Assembly (NCBI RefSeq): GCF_018977255.1
Contig: NW_024704742.1
Location: forward strand, 58,406,001 to 58,470,000
DNA length: 64,000 nt
Origin: Callorhinchus milii
Lineage: Eukaryota
Direction: 5' to 3'
Part shown: positions 24,325 through 36,548 of the stretch, in pieces
Position numbering within the stretch: the first letter of the stretch is position 1
Layout of the letters: each line of letters begins with the position of its first letter
Notes under the pieces: model-generated
Database searches by the model: none
Seen by the model: only the letters and a program-made list of their open reading frames with translations
Told to the model about the DNA's origin: nothing
Made by a program: the position numbers and the translations under genes

Positions 24325-25950
24325 CTTTGGATGAGACATTAAACTGAGATCTCCTCTACCTGTTCAGGTGTAAATTAAAGATCCCAGGGAGGCTCGCTCA
24401 GTGTCTTGGCCAATAATCCCTCAAATAAAATTGGTCATTCGGCTTTATGGCTGTTTGTGGGACATTGCTATGCACAAAGTGGCTTCAAATTTCAACTGCA
24501 AAATACACAGTCACTACTCTTTACAGTATTTCCCTGACCATCTGTGACCAGGGCTCCCTCTGTCTCCTCGTCCTCCTCGACCTATCGGCAGCATTCGATA
24601 CGGTCGACCACGCTATCCTACTCCACCGCTTGTCCTCCCACCTCAACCTTCAAGGCACTGTCCTTGAATGGTTTAGGTCGTACCTTTCTCACCGTCTTCA
24701 CTTTGTCTCGACGAATGGCTTCTCCTCCACCCCCCGTACTGTCTCATGTGGTGTCCCTCAGGGCTCTGTCCTCGGTCCCCTCCTCTTCACCCTCTATATG
24801 CTCCCCCTTGGTGACATCATCCGCAGACATGGAGTTAACTTCCACATGTATGCGGATGACACCCAACTCTACCTTTCCTCCTCTACTCTCAACTCCACGA
24901 CCACCGATGTCCTGACAGCTGCCTGTCCGACATCGAGTCCTGGACGAGAGACAACTTTCTTCAGCTCAACGTGCGAAAAACCGAGGCCCTCCTGATTGGC
25001 TCACGTCAGCGCCTCCGCACCTCAGGCGCTGACACCATCAGCATCCAAGGCTGCACTCTCCACCTCTCAAAGCCAGTCAGGAACCTCGGCGTTTTGTTCG
25101 ACCCTGAGCTGTCCTTTCTCCCTCACATCCGCACCACAACTGGCACCGCCTTCCATCACCTCCGGAACATTGCCAGACTACGGCACTACCTCACCTCTCA
25201 CGCTGCTGAAACTCTGGTTCACGCCTTTGTCACCTCAAGGCTGGACTATGGGAACTCTCTCCTCGCCGGCCTTCCCGGCACCTCCCTCCACAAGCTGCAG
25301 GTCATTCAGAACTCTGCAGCTCGTGTACTGTCCCGCACCAGGACCACATCACTCCCACCCTCGCTCGCCTCCACTGGCTCCCCATCCCCCAGAGGATCGA
25401 TTTCAAGATCCTCATCCTCACCTACAAGGCCATTCACGGCCTTGCTCCCTCCTACCTCTCCAACCTACTATCCCCCTACCTACCTGCCCGTACCCTCCGT
25501 TCCTCTGGCTCCGGTCTGCTCCACGTCCCCCGCCCCAACCGCCCTACCATCGGTGGTCGGGCCTTCAGCCTCTCAGCCCCGAGGCTCTGGAACTCCATCC
25601 CCCAGTGCCTTCGCCGCTTCCTCCCTTTCCTCCTTCAAGGCCGGTCTCAAAACCTTTCTCTTTGACCGTGCCTTCAGCTCCCCTCTCGACTCTCTTCCCC
25701 TCCTCGCTCCCTCCCTTCCCTCCCCTCACCCTGACCATTTCCCCCCTCCTCGCTCCCTCCCTTCCCTCCCCTCACCCTGACCATTTCCCCCCTGCTCGGG
25801 TCATGACCCAACTGTGCAGCGCCTTGGGACGTCCTCCTGACGTGAAAGGCGCTTTATAAATGGAATCTTGTTGTTGTTGTTCCCGTGAAGTGCTTTGAAA
25901 TGTCCTCTTCAAATGAAAGGCACTATATAAAATCTAAGGATTATTATTAT
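24325..25950 (+). mobile_element. Deu-domain SINE split by an L2 insertion (SINE parts 24325-24534 and 25885-25950)
   Basis: The SINE tail TTACAGTATTTCCC|GTGAAGTGCTTTGAA is reconstituted when the L2 is removed. Confidence 0.8.
24535..25879 (+). mobile_element. 5'-truncated L2 LINE with RT domain (two frameshifts)
   Basis: [44 protein letters not shown] and HAFVTSRLDYGNSLL motifs; frameshifts near 24919 and 25343; stem-loop tail and (GTT)n; flanked by TTCCC direct repeats. Confidence 0.95.
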
Positions 25951-27179
25951 TCCCTTACCTCCCTCAACTAAAATATGTTGAAAAGGCACATTTACTAGAT
26001 CGCCATAGGAACAGATGCATAGCCAGTAGGCCACAATGTAAATTAAACAGACTGGATACACACACATCAGCAGTAATACAAATATATAGATAAATATACA
26101 TACTGTATATGTGATTTTTTCTCTTCTGAACTTCTAAGGAAAAAATGTACAAATCATTGAGTCACACAAATTCTTGCCATTTTGATTTGAGGTTTTAACT
26201 TAATTTGTTCCAGGTGAGGTTAAACCTGATTTAAAATAAAATTAGAATTTAAGACAACAATTTAACATGAATAAGAACTTTAAGTATAATAACACATTAT
26301 AGAGGCAATATTTTATCTTTGAGATAATATGTGGCAACCAATCTAGATCACAAGCAAGGTTCAGATGAACAAGGCTTTTCAGCCTATTCGATCTCATCCT
26401 TCCAGAATATCCACCCAACCATCTCTGAATGACAGCATCAAGCTGTTTCTTAAATGTATCCATTATCCTGCCCTCAACCACTCTTGCTGATAATCCTTTC
26501 CACCTTCTCCCATTTATCATTTTAATTACTTCTCTATAAGGACTCCTCTGAGATACTTTTTTTAAAAAACGATTAAGAGCTTGAGTTTATTAAGTTGTTC
26601 GTCAAAGTTCATAACAGTGAGCAGTGTTTATAACTTATGAACAATATTCATAAACTCATAACTAATAATAGTGGGGATTAGCCTTATTGTTTTCTTCCAC
26701 ATTGCCTGTACAAGAAATCCCTCCAAGTCCTGGTGACGAGGACTGTTTGCAATATTCAAGCTGTGACATAACAGGTTGAGGAATTTAATTCGATTTGGCA
26801 ATGTTTTGGCATCTTGTTGGTCTTTATTGCTGCCTCAAAATATTTCGACATGGGATTGTGACAAATTTTAAATCCAGTACCTTAATTCCTTTTAAATGGA
26901 AGTTTTATTTCAAAAAGTTTTATTTAAATGTAAGGTTAAAAGGTGAAGAAGACATACATTTATGATCACAGGCTTCACCGAGGTGTAATGCGAGAAGTTT
27001 GAGCCAGACTCAGTCAGGGAGTCTGTGGGCTTCTCTGACGGTATGGCGGGACAATGTAAAATGTCATTGTCTGGTGTGTGATCATGTTACCTGTTGGAGT
27101 TGTCTTTTGAAGGGTTGAGTTAATGGATTTGACAATCATAACATTTTTTGAAAATGCTCTCTTAAATTTTCTTTTTGTA

Positions 27180-27542
27180 TGTAAATTCCTCCATGGTCTT
27201 GCTCTGTGGCATCCTGCAACTCTACCATTCAGCCGCTCCCTCTGCTCAGTGAACACTGTCTTGCTTCATGCATCCTGCTTGACCCACCCGACCAACCACT
27301 CAAGAGCTTTGAATCACTCTGCCCCAGTGTTCTGGTTTGCCATCCACCCCGCCTTGTGCCATCCCGCCACATCTTTGAAGTCCATTTTAAGACTTTTCTT
27401 TTCAACCATGCTTTTGGTCACTTTTCACGCCCACATTCCTCAGCTCTTCCCAACCCCGAACTCGGGCTCCCAGTCGGCTCTCTTAAGTGCTACGTGACAT
27501 TCTCACAATGTGAAAGGCAATATATAAATGTATAATTGTTGT
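27180..27542 (+). mobile_element. Decayed L2 3' fragment
   Basis: RSL.S and FKTFLFNHAF remnants; tail TGTGAAAGGCAATATATAAATG...TTGTT. Confidence 0.7.
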
Positions 27543-29444
27543 CTTTGTTTAAGATACTACTTTGTTTTGCTTATCTGGTCAAGAATCACATTGGAATTCC
27601 TAGTAAATTTCTAAGAGCATGTAAAATATTTATAAATTTGGTATTTCTTTTTTTTGCCAGTTGACTGTGGACCTTGAATGGAGGGGAGATCACTTCCTTT
27701 GTTACAGAGAAAATTTGGTTATCAGTTGCCTCTAAGCTTCACAAGATCACAAGATTTGTTTGGATGAAGAAGGCCCTTCTACCCATCTGCTCTCATCCCT
27801 CAAGAACTCCTACCTACTATCCACCCATCACAGTACCAAGCTGCTTTTTAAATGAGTCTGGTGTCCCGGCCTGTACAAATGACTCCCAAACGAATCTTGA
27901 TCAGCTCTTTGAAGCATCCTTCAGGCAGTTAATGTTCTTGAAAAGCTGATTGGCAGACTATCATCTTAAAAAAGTGTAATCTTGTGTTTCCTTCTCCAAA
28001 TTTCTTTCCTGCTGGTAGCCATTTCAAATTATTTTGAGCAGTATAAATGGTGCATTAGAGACAGTTAAGGCCTGCTGCTTTCATAGAAAAATGACAAAAC
28101 AGCTTGAGTGCTTTACCTTGCTTACAACTACTTGACTTCTCACAGTTGGTTAAGTCCTATACTGTATTTATCTTCCATGTCTAAATAAATCCTCAATTGT
28201 TAATGTGTCTCTCTCGCTGTGAGTGCTTGTACTAAGATAGCGTGCAACATGCAGTAAGGCATTGTTTAACAAACAGCTGGAGAGTACATCCTGTTTTATT
28301 CTTAACTGAGGCATATCGCTTTGTTAACTTACATAATAAATAATAAAGACATAATAAACTTGCCTAAGTACCTACAATGATTATTACAGATTGGATTGGT
28401 TTTATCTTGCAGCATTTAAACACCTTTCAATCCTTCTCACTTAAACACTGGGTGAATATTCCTCCTGTCAATACATTCTCTGAAAAAAAACTGAAGATTC
28501 AGTTTTGGAAGAAAGTGTAGATTTTGGTTGAAATTCATATAATTAATTCTGTGTTAAACTGTGAGGAAATGCTTTCCACCTAATAATTAAACCTGTTCTG
28601 GGATCCCCAAGCCTTGGTTGGGTCTTGTCAACCTGCACCTCATTCTCTCCATTGTAAACCTTTCTGTTGTGCATTCTAATCCATACACAGGGGCATTTTT
28701 ATGCATAGGTGACATGAATGTGTGGAATTCTCAGTCTGGTTTGGAAGATCCTGCATGTGCCAGACATCCAGCTGAACCCCTCAAAAAATCTCAGCATACA
28801 AATGGGCAATTAGTGACTGAGAACTGAAGGCTCAAAGCAATTTTTTGGCCCAAATCAGTTGAAAATAAATTATTTATGTGAGTATTTGTACAACGTACAG
28901 TATGTGCCAGCAACGCATGCAACAGTATGACCATGTGGTGAAACTTTGAGCAGGATTTCGCACCACTTGACTTCCCTTGTCACATGCACAGCTTTGGAGA
29001 TCAGCATTGTTTCTCTTTGCAAGGTTATACTTGAATTATGCAATTTTAAATAGCTTCTATACCAAAAATCAAAAGAGGTACCTGAAGCCTTTTCCCATCT
29101 CTCTACTTATTTCATGTAATTAGATAATATATATATATGTGTGTATTTGTATGTTTTGCCTTTGTTTACTATATTTGTATTCTCTTCTATATGTTTTGCC
29201 TCAGTAAAGATAATGCACATTTTCCTTATAAAACTCTATGAGTCATCTTGGACTGGGATTTGTGATTCAGCATTTTATGAATCTCATCAAGTTTTATACT
29301 ATGATATTTGTAACAATGTACCTTGGTATAGTAATTCAAATTTGGTTTGTGGATATTACACTTTCGTCACCAATATTTAAGGAAGTGGAGATTGATTAGA
29401 GTAGTTGTCTTCAATCATGGGCCACTCACTTTTAAAGTAAGTCT

Positions 29445-30330
29445 TCACAAGATTAGTTCAAATGAAGAAAGCCTTTCATCTTGTCTAATCTCATCCTTCC
29501 AGAATATCTATCCTACTGTTCCATTAAGCATTAAGTTATTTTTTAAATGAGTCCAGAGTCCTGGCTTCAACCACCCTTCTACAATCTATTGTAGTTGTTA
29601 ATTAACTGAAGGGTAAATAAACACCAATGGGTTAATTAATTAATTGAGGTCTGTTCTGAAATTGCTCTTTGCCTAAATCAATGTCCTCTTGTTCCACTGT
29701 TTTGATACTGTCTTGATGCATCTTAAAGTTTGTTCCTGAGTTTTCTTTTTCAGTCCTATTTAAAATAAGATACACTTCTATAAGATCTCCATTGAATCAT
29801 CTTCTCTCAAGACTGAAGAGCCTAAACTTATCTAATAACTTGTCTAATTGTTGCTCATAGCTCATTCCTCTAACAATGAGGGTCATGCACATTGTTCCCC
29901 TCTGCACTATCTTTGGGGCTTGGGGAGCCCCTTTATGTCACGGCACTGGAGCAGTGCTGTAGGTTGCCCTGACAAGAGCACTCTTCTGTTATTTTTTTCT
30001 GTCCACCTGATATACTTTGATGTTGTTGAACCATTGCCCTCCAATCTTCTGAAGTTCCGCTCACTGTACACACTTTGCTAACTTTCTTTGCAATACATCA
30101 ACTTCGATGATGAGTTGCAGCTGTTGGCAGTGGAGTTTTGTACTCCAACTAAATCTTGACATTTAACAAACTGACAGACTGACTGATGAGTCACTTCATC
30201 AAAACATTGGAAAAATATTGTCTTTCGCTGTGCTTCAACAGTGGATGGCAATTTTTGCTCCTCTCTGCCTCGTGAAGAGTGAGAGGGGGAAGAACTAATT
30301 TTCATAGGTTGAGTGGCTCATTTCCTCGAA
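29445..30330 (-). mobile_element. Decayed CR1 fragment
   Basis: The reverse strand shows FSLERR-like ORF2 C-terminal remnants and a CR1 3'UTR resembling those at 9790-9870 and 26345-26510. Confidence 0.55.
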
Positions 30331-30838
30331 TTGAATCCATTCACTGAAGAGTCATTCTAATTAGAAATCTTATTTTTCCACCAATTTTGATTGCTGCACA
30401 TTGATGTATTAGAGGATTCTTTTTGTCCTTTTGCATTTGATAATCCAGGGAGACTAGTGAGTGCATTTTTTTCTCCTTAAAGCTGGTTGTTAACTCATGA
30501 CTTACGTGACTCTTCTCTGTTTTCTCACTGTAGTATTCTGCCACTACACCCCATGACTCCGGAATTCTGAGCTTGAATCCTCTGCCTTGTCCCCTCCTTG
30601 TTCATCTTCAGATCACCTTCCTCTTCGACCATGCCTCCCATCTTTCGCTGGCTCGGGCTCAAGTTCTACCATTGTTAAGTGATCCGAGTCGCTAACCCAT
30701 ATGAGCTATATAAATGCTAGTTGCTTTTTGCTTGCTTTTTATTTGAAGCTTACACTTGTATGTTTTATGGTTATTTTTGAAAGATTTAATTTTAGCCTTT
30801 ACAAGCTGCAGATCGGACATAGAGCTCACAGTCTAAGT

Positions 30839-31799
30839 CAGGGTGGTCCAACGTTTTAGCTGCTGAGAGTCAGATGCCGAATTTGAGAAACATTCACAGG
30901 CTGCATAAGTAATATTTTTGTGTTTCGCTTCCAGAAACATAACCAGTAAGAATCATATAGAAATCCTATGTTTTAAATTGTGTCCCTGTCTCACTTAATT
31001 TCACTATATCTTAGTTACAATGCAAACTTTAAATAGGAAATGTAAAAATTCATAAAACTTTTAAAACAATAATACAGCTTTATGAATAAAGTACATTTAT
31101 GCAAGAATATCATTAAATCCAGAGTAAACAATGAAAGCAGAAGAAATGATTAAATGAATTAAAATGCACATAATTTAATTACCCTAAGAATAAATAAAAT
31201 AATGATAATCTCAAATGGAAATAATGTATGCATCAAGTTAATTTTTATGTATTAAAATCAAAACACAAGCTATCAATTCAGCATATGGAGACCCCAACAA
31301 AGAATGCTCAACAAAACCAAACCTGCTTAATCCATAATAGCAAAAACTAACTAACTAAATAACGATGCACAAAATATAATAATTCAAAATAATATCAAGA
31401 ATGAAAAGAATTGATTTAGAGTGGATTGTATGAAAAATTGTACATAATCAAATTTTCTTTTACTTAATATCCATTTCCTCGACACTTAGAAGACCATTAA
31501 TGTAAGCACCAATTCAGAAACTCAACGTGAGTACAGAGCTATCAACCTTATAAAACTGCCAAGACACATGAGAAAATTCTATATAGTGTTGAGCCTGGAC
31601 CTCTCCTCATCACTGGCCTCTGATTAACCAGTTCTTTTGCCAGGCAGAACCGGAGCCTCTGGTGACCATCTCCTGACTGGCTCAAGGCTTGCGCGTTGCC
31701 TGTATTTGCTTATTGGACAATGAAGTTGGCAATGGCTCATGGGCCCGATTAAATAATCCCCTGGGCCGGATACAGCCTGCAGGCCAGTTTGACCATTTG
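30839..31799. mobile_element. Non-autonomous hAT-type DNA transposon
   Basis: Ends CAGGGTGGTCCAAC / GTTTGACCATTTG, subterminal GGGCCG motifs, AT-rich interior, and 8-bp flanking repeats GTCTAAGT (30831-30838) / GTCTAAGC (31800-31807). Confidence 0.75.
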
Positions 31800-32429
31800 G
31801 TCTAAGCTGACATTCCAATACTGGGATGTTAAAGGTGTTGTCCTTCGTTTGCCTCCTGTTCAGTGGATGGTAAACATGCCATGGGTCTATCACAAAAAAT
31901 AGAAATGAGTTTTCTTCCAATGTCCTAAGATATTGTCACTCCAAGGGAAACGAGCTCAGTGACACGATATCCGTGGTGTCTCTATAGACATGAGTTCTCT
32001 GGCATCATTGAGGGGCGCTATGACCAGGTGGACTCACATAGCACAGAGCACAGAGCGAGCAGCTGTCACTGTGATAGAGCGGCCCAGCCCCCACAACTGT
32101 CAGTTTATTTGTTAAAATTTGTTTAAGTTAAGTATAGTATAAGTTTATGTTTAGGCACGTGTGTCTTTAAACACAAGTTGTTCAGTTCTTTCATTTTAAC
32201 CACCTGAATCCCTCAGACTTTAACAATCAGGCAGAACCTCATAGAAAGTAAGGTCTAACATTTCTACTCACAGAGATCTTGTCACAACAGTCAAACTAGC
32301 TACCACATGGCTGGCTGAGCCGCGCGCAGGCGACCGTTTTTCCTTGGTATCATTCCAATGATACATAACGATATTTTTATTTACTGGGATGGAGAGAATG
32401 CGACTTTATATGTTATAAGCGAGTGCTGA

Positions 32430-33035
32430 AACAACAACAATAACAACAAAATGACATTTGTAAAGCGCTTTTCACGTCGGGAGGACGTCCCAAGACACTG
32501 AACAGCCAGGGATCAGGACCCAAGTGTGGGGTCAGGGTTGGGATAAGGGAGGGCAGAGAGGTTAGGAGGGCAGCTGAAGGCATGGTCAAAAAGGAGGGTT
32601 TTAAGTCATGCCTTGAAAGGAGGCATGGGATGGAGCAAGGCGAAGGGATTGTGGGATGTAGTTCCAAAGAGTGGGGGCAGAGAGGCTGAAAGCCCGGCCA
32701 CCGATGGTAGGGCAGGTTGGGCGGGAGACATGGAGCAGGCTGGAACGTGCTGAACAGAGAGAGCAGACAGGTTGATAGGGGGTCAGCAGTTCAGAGAGGT
32801 AGGAGGAGGCAAGGCCATGTATGGCCTTGAAAGTAAGGATTTTGAATTCTATCCTCTGAGGGTTGGGGAGCCAGTGGAGCCGGGCGAGGGTGGGGGTGAT
32901 GGGGTCACGGAGCCTGGCGCGGGAGAGGACCCGAGCTGCAGAGTTCTGTATGATCTGCAAATTGTGGAGGGAAGAGTTGGGGAGAACGACGAGGAGGGAG
33001 TTTCCGTAGTTGAGCTTTTAGGTGATGAATACATG
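32430..33035 (-). mobile_element. L2 LINE 3' fragment
   Basis: QIIQNSAARVLSRARLRDPITPTLARLHWLP...RIEFKIL; tail GGGACGTCCTCCCGACGTGAAAAGCGC and (GTT)n. Confidence 0.92.
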
Positions 33036-33742
33036 TATGAGGGGAGCTGGTACCTTATTCAGATTTTGCATAGGAAACGGCCAGGATATTGACAGCATGA
33101 TGATATGTCATGTGATGATATAAGCCAAGGTCTTATTATCAGGAGTTCACCATATTAAAATACAATTTGTTGTTCCATCACGTGCTGATAGTTTGTTTCA
33201 CACACCAAGTGTGATATGATTGTGCACCATACTGAAATATCATGTTAAGTGGCCTTGGTGATATAAAAGAACACGGGACATTTGGATAACAATTGGGGTG
33301 CCAGATTAGAGAGGAATACTTGGTGCATATTAACATGAAAACACACCTTAGAGATATAAAATACAGATGGCTAATGCACCTTTTAGATGTGTACCATTAT
33401 GGATAGCAGGTGGCTAAGAGTAGCTTAGAGAGATATGGAACACTTGAGGGGGTTTGAGTGATATTCTAAAACCTCATGCGCAAAGCTTAATCACTTTATG
33501 ATTGTAGCACTGTACTATGAAGACACTCTCAAACACTCTACTTTCAGTTACTCCCTTATAGGTTGAGATTTGGGAGGAAGTCAAATAGAAATTAGAACTT
33601 GTTTGGACATGAGTGGTCAGAAGCAGATGGAAAAAATAATATTCTGATTATATGCTACACAGGGAAGAAAATAACAAAAGGAAACATTGCTAGGAAATGG
33701 GCAGAGAAGAAGTTGACAAGAAAACCTGAAATGAAAGTGTAA

Positions 33743-34123
33743 AATAATACTAATAATCCTTGCATTTGATATAGCGCCTTATCATGTCTTCAAGACATCT
33801 CAAAGCGCTTCACAGAATATACTGTAAAATGAATTGACTGTATATTTTGTGGGCAAAGCGTGGCAGCCAATTGTGCACAGCAGTGTCCCACAAACAGCCA
33901 TGGATTGAGTCACCAAATTATTATTATCTTAAAAAATATTTTTCTTAAGGGATTATTATCTCCAGAAAAGCATTCCTCCAATCAACTGACAACCAGGTCC
34001 CTACTAATTGCTAGGTAAACAGAAGTGGGTGGAGTACGGAAAATACATTTTCACCCTGCCTGGGAATTGAAGCCAGATCCTCCTCTTGCTTGCAAGGCGA
34101 GTGCTCTATTCAATACTCTACAG
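33743..34123 (-). mobile_element. tRNA-Ala SINE, long subfamily
   Basis: Reverse complement of head, extra block, body and tail. Confidence 0.85.
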
Positions 34124-35287
34124 CGCTCATAATGCAGTATTATGAAAGGCAGGGTCTTCGGCACTAAACCCACAATAACACCGAGTGCAAATGTAGACCC
34201 AACACCAAATCCTATCCAATGGGAGGTTCTCATTACCTACATTCTGTATTTGTTTTGCAGCAGCATCCAATTGTAACAATATGCGCAATAATGCTCCAAG
34301 GAAGAGTTACAAAAGATATTTGTGGGTAACACAAAATCTGGGGGACTTTTCCAAATAAAACAGCTCAGTCACTTCCTGGCTGTTTGGGGGTTATTGCTTG
34401 AGCCAAGTGGCTGCCGCTCTTCACCTACAAAATAAACGGTTACTACACTTTACAGCAAAATCCGGTGTATTGCTTTCAGTCGTCCTCCTGATATGTTAGG
34501 TGCTATGTCAAATGAAAGAATTGTTATTATTATTTCCGTTATTCTTATATTTTGCTTTAACTCTCTATCTTGAAATTTTTCAATGTGGAATAACAAAGAG
34601 TCACACAGACTACGGGGAAGATAGTGTATGTTGGAACTTTACAATCTGCTGAAACTGTTAGCAACCGATACTGTTGAGGGGAGGCTGCAGCCTTCTCATC
34701 ATTAGACAGAATGGATATTAGCCACTTGACAAAGGTTGCCCAGCAGCTATGGAGATTGAAGGAAAAGGAGTCAAATGTCTTCATGAGCAATAGAGAGTGT
34801 AGTTGAGAGAAAAAAAAATGATGCAGCATCACCATGTGAATTTGTACCTTATTAAAGCATGTGCATAAGTAAAATAATCATTTACTCTATAATTTCCTGC
34901 CTTCCCAGAAACCAGTCCATTTATACTGATGTTAGTGAAGACCATTGTGGAAATAATCTAACGGGAAGAATCACTTTTCACATGGGAGATGGCTAATTGT
35001 GAATTAAAAAATGAACTCACTTACAGGAAGGTTTGAACTTCATTATGTTTAACCGAAGGAACCATAATAACAACATCCTTATATTGATTTAGTGTCTTTC
35101 ATGTCTCCAAGCATTTCACAGAATGTGTTGTAGAGTGCAGCAACTGTGTATTTTTAACAAATATGGTAGTTGATTTTACACAGTAAAGTCGCACAAACAG
35201 CTATGAAGTAAATTGATAGATTAGGGGTTAAGGATCACTAATATGATTTTTGAGAGCATTCTCAGGTACTGCTTCAATTGCCTGTAT

Positions 35288-35712
35288 TTAACAACAATAA
35301 CAACAACCTGGATTTATATAGCGCCCTCCATGCCGGACGGCGTCTCAGAGCGCTTCACAGTAATGGATCCCGGGGCCGAGCCAGGGAGAGGGGGAGGAAG
35401 GTGAACAAAGGCACAGTCGAAAAGAAAGGTCTTCAGCAGAGACCTGAAAATGGGAAGGGAGGGAGCGAGGCGAAGGGAGTGAGGAAGGCAGTTCCAGAGC
35501 CTCGGGGCATAGTGGCTGAAGGCACGGCCGCCGAGGGTGGAGCGGAGGACTCAGGGGACGAGGAGGAGGCCAGACCTGGAGGAACGAAGACAACGGGTAC
35601 TGTTTGAGGAGAGAGGAGGTCAGAGAGGTAGGGGGTGCAGAGTAGTGCAGGGACTTGAATACAAAGGTGAGGATCTTGAAATTGGTCCTCTCTGGGATAG
35701 GCAGCCAGTGCA
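35288..35712 (-). mobile_element. L2 3' fragment, second tail type
   Basis: Reverse strand HWLPIPE..FKIL remnants; tail GCGCTCTGAGACGCCGTCCGGCATGGAGGGCGC and (GTT)n. Confidence 0.85.
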
Positions 35713-36380
35713 GTCTGTATTTAGTACTGTATCTGCAGTATATGAAGACACTACAAAAAGTACCTAGTACTATTAGGTTGCTTTACGATTGCCACTGAGT
35801 CATGGCTCCATTTCCATTTAATTACCTAATTTTCGTTCTTCATGTTCTAGAAAATTGTTGCAAAATTACTATATAATAACTTTTGATTCATCATTTATTC
35901 TCTTCATAATTGCCAGAATCATTGCTGAAAATTTATTCAGTCACCGTTTATCTCCGTTCAATTTGTTTTACATTTTTGCATCTGGCTTTAACCCCATGTC
36001 AGGACTTTAAATTCACAATCCAGATTGACTCTGAGTGATGCAATGCTGTGGAGTGCTGCATTTTAGGATGTGTTATCGTTTGGATGAGACATTAACTTGA
36101 TCTACTTGTCAAGATTCAACGGCACTATTTAAAAAGAGAAGGGCATTTCTCATGTTCTAGCCAATAACCCTCCCAAATAAAAGTGGTCATTCATATGGAC
36201 TGTGAATTCAAAGTCCTAACATGGGGGTCAAAGCCAAAGGCAGAAGTACATTGATCCAAGTGGAGTTCCCACAGGGTTGATGGCGTTAGTGTCTTTAATG
36301 CATTTGTGTGAGTGTGTGTGTATGAGGTGTGTTTGCAGTATGTAAAGTGTGTGTATGTGATGTTTGAATATGTGGATATT

Positions 36381-36548
36381 TAACAAGAATAACAACAACC
36401 TGGATTTATATAGCACCCTCCACGCCGGACGGCTTCTCAGAGCGCTTCACAGTAACGGATCCCGGGGCCGAGCCAGGGGGAGGAAGGTGACCAAAGGCAC
36501 AGTCGAAAAGAAAGGTCTTCAGCAGAGACCTGAAAATGGGAAGGGAGG
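36381..36548 (-). mobile_element. Short L2 3' fragment, same family as 35288
   Basis: Near-identical over ~160 bp to the 3' end of the 35288 copy. Confidence 0.85.

Noticed and set aside
24996..25859. 287-aa Pro/Ser-rich ORF
   Set aside because: Alternative frame of a C-rich L2 sequence.
31934..32225. Second solo LTR (TG...CA)
   Set aside because: No TSD and no clear poly(A) signal; insufficient support.
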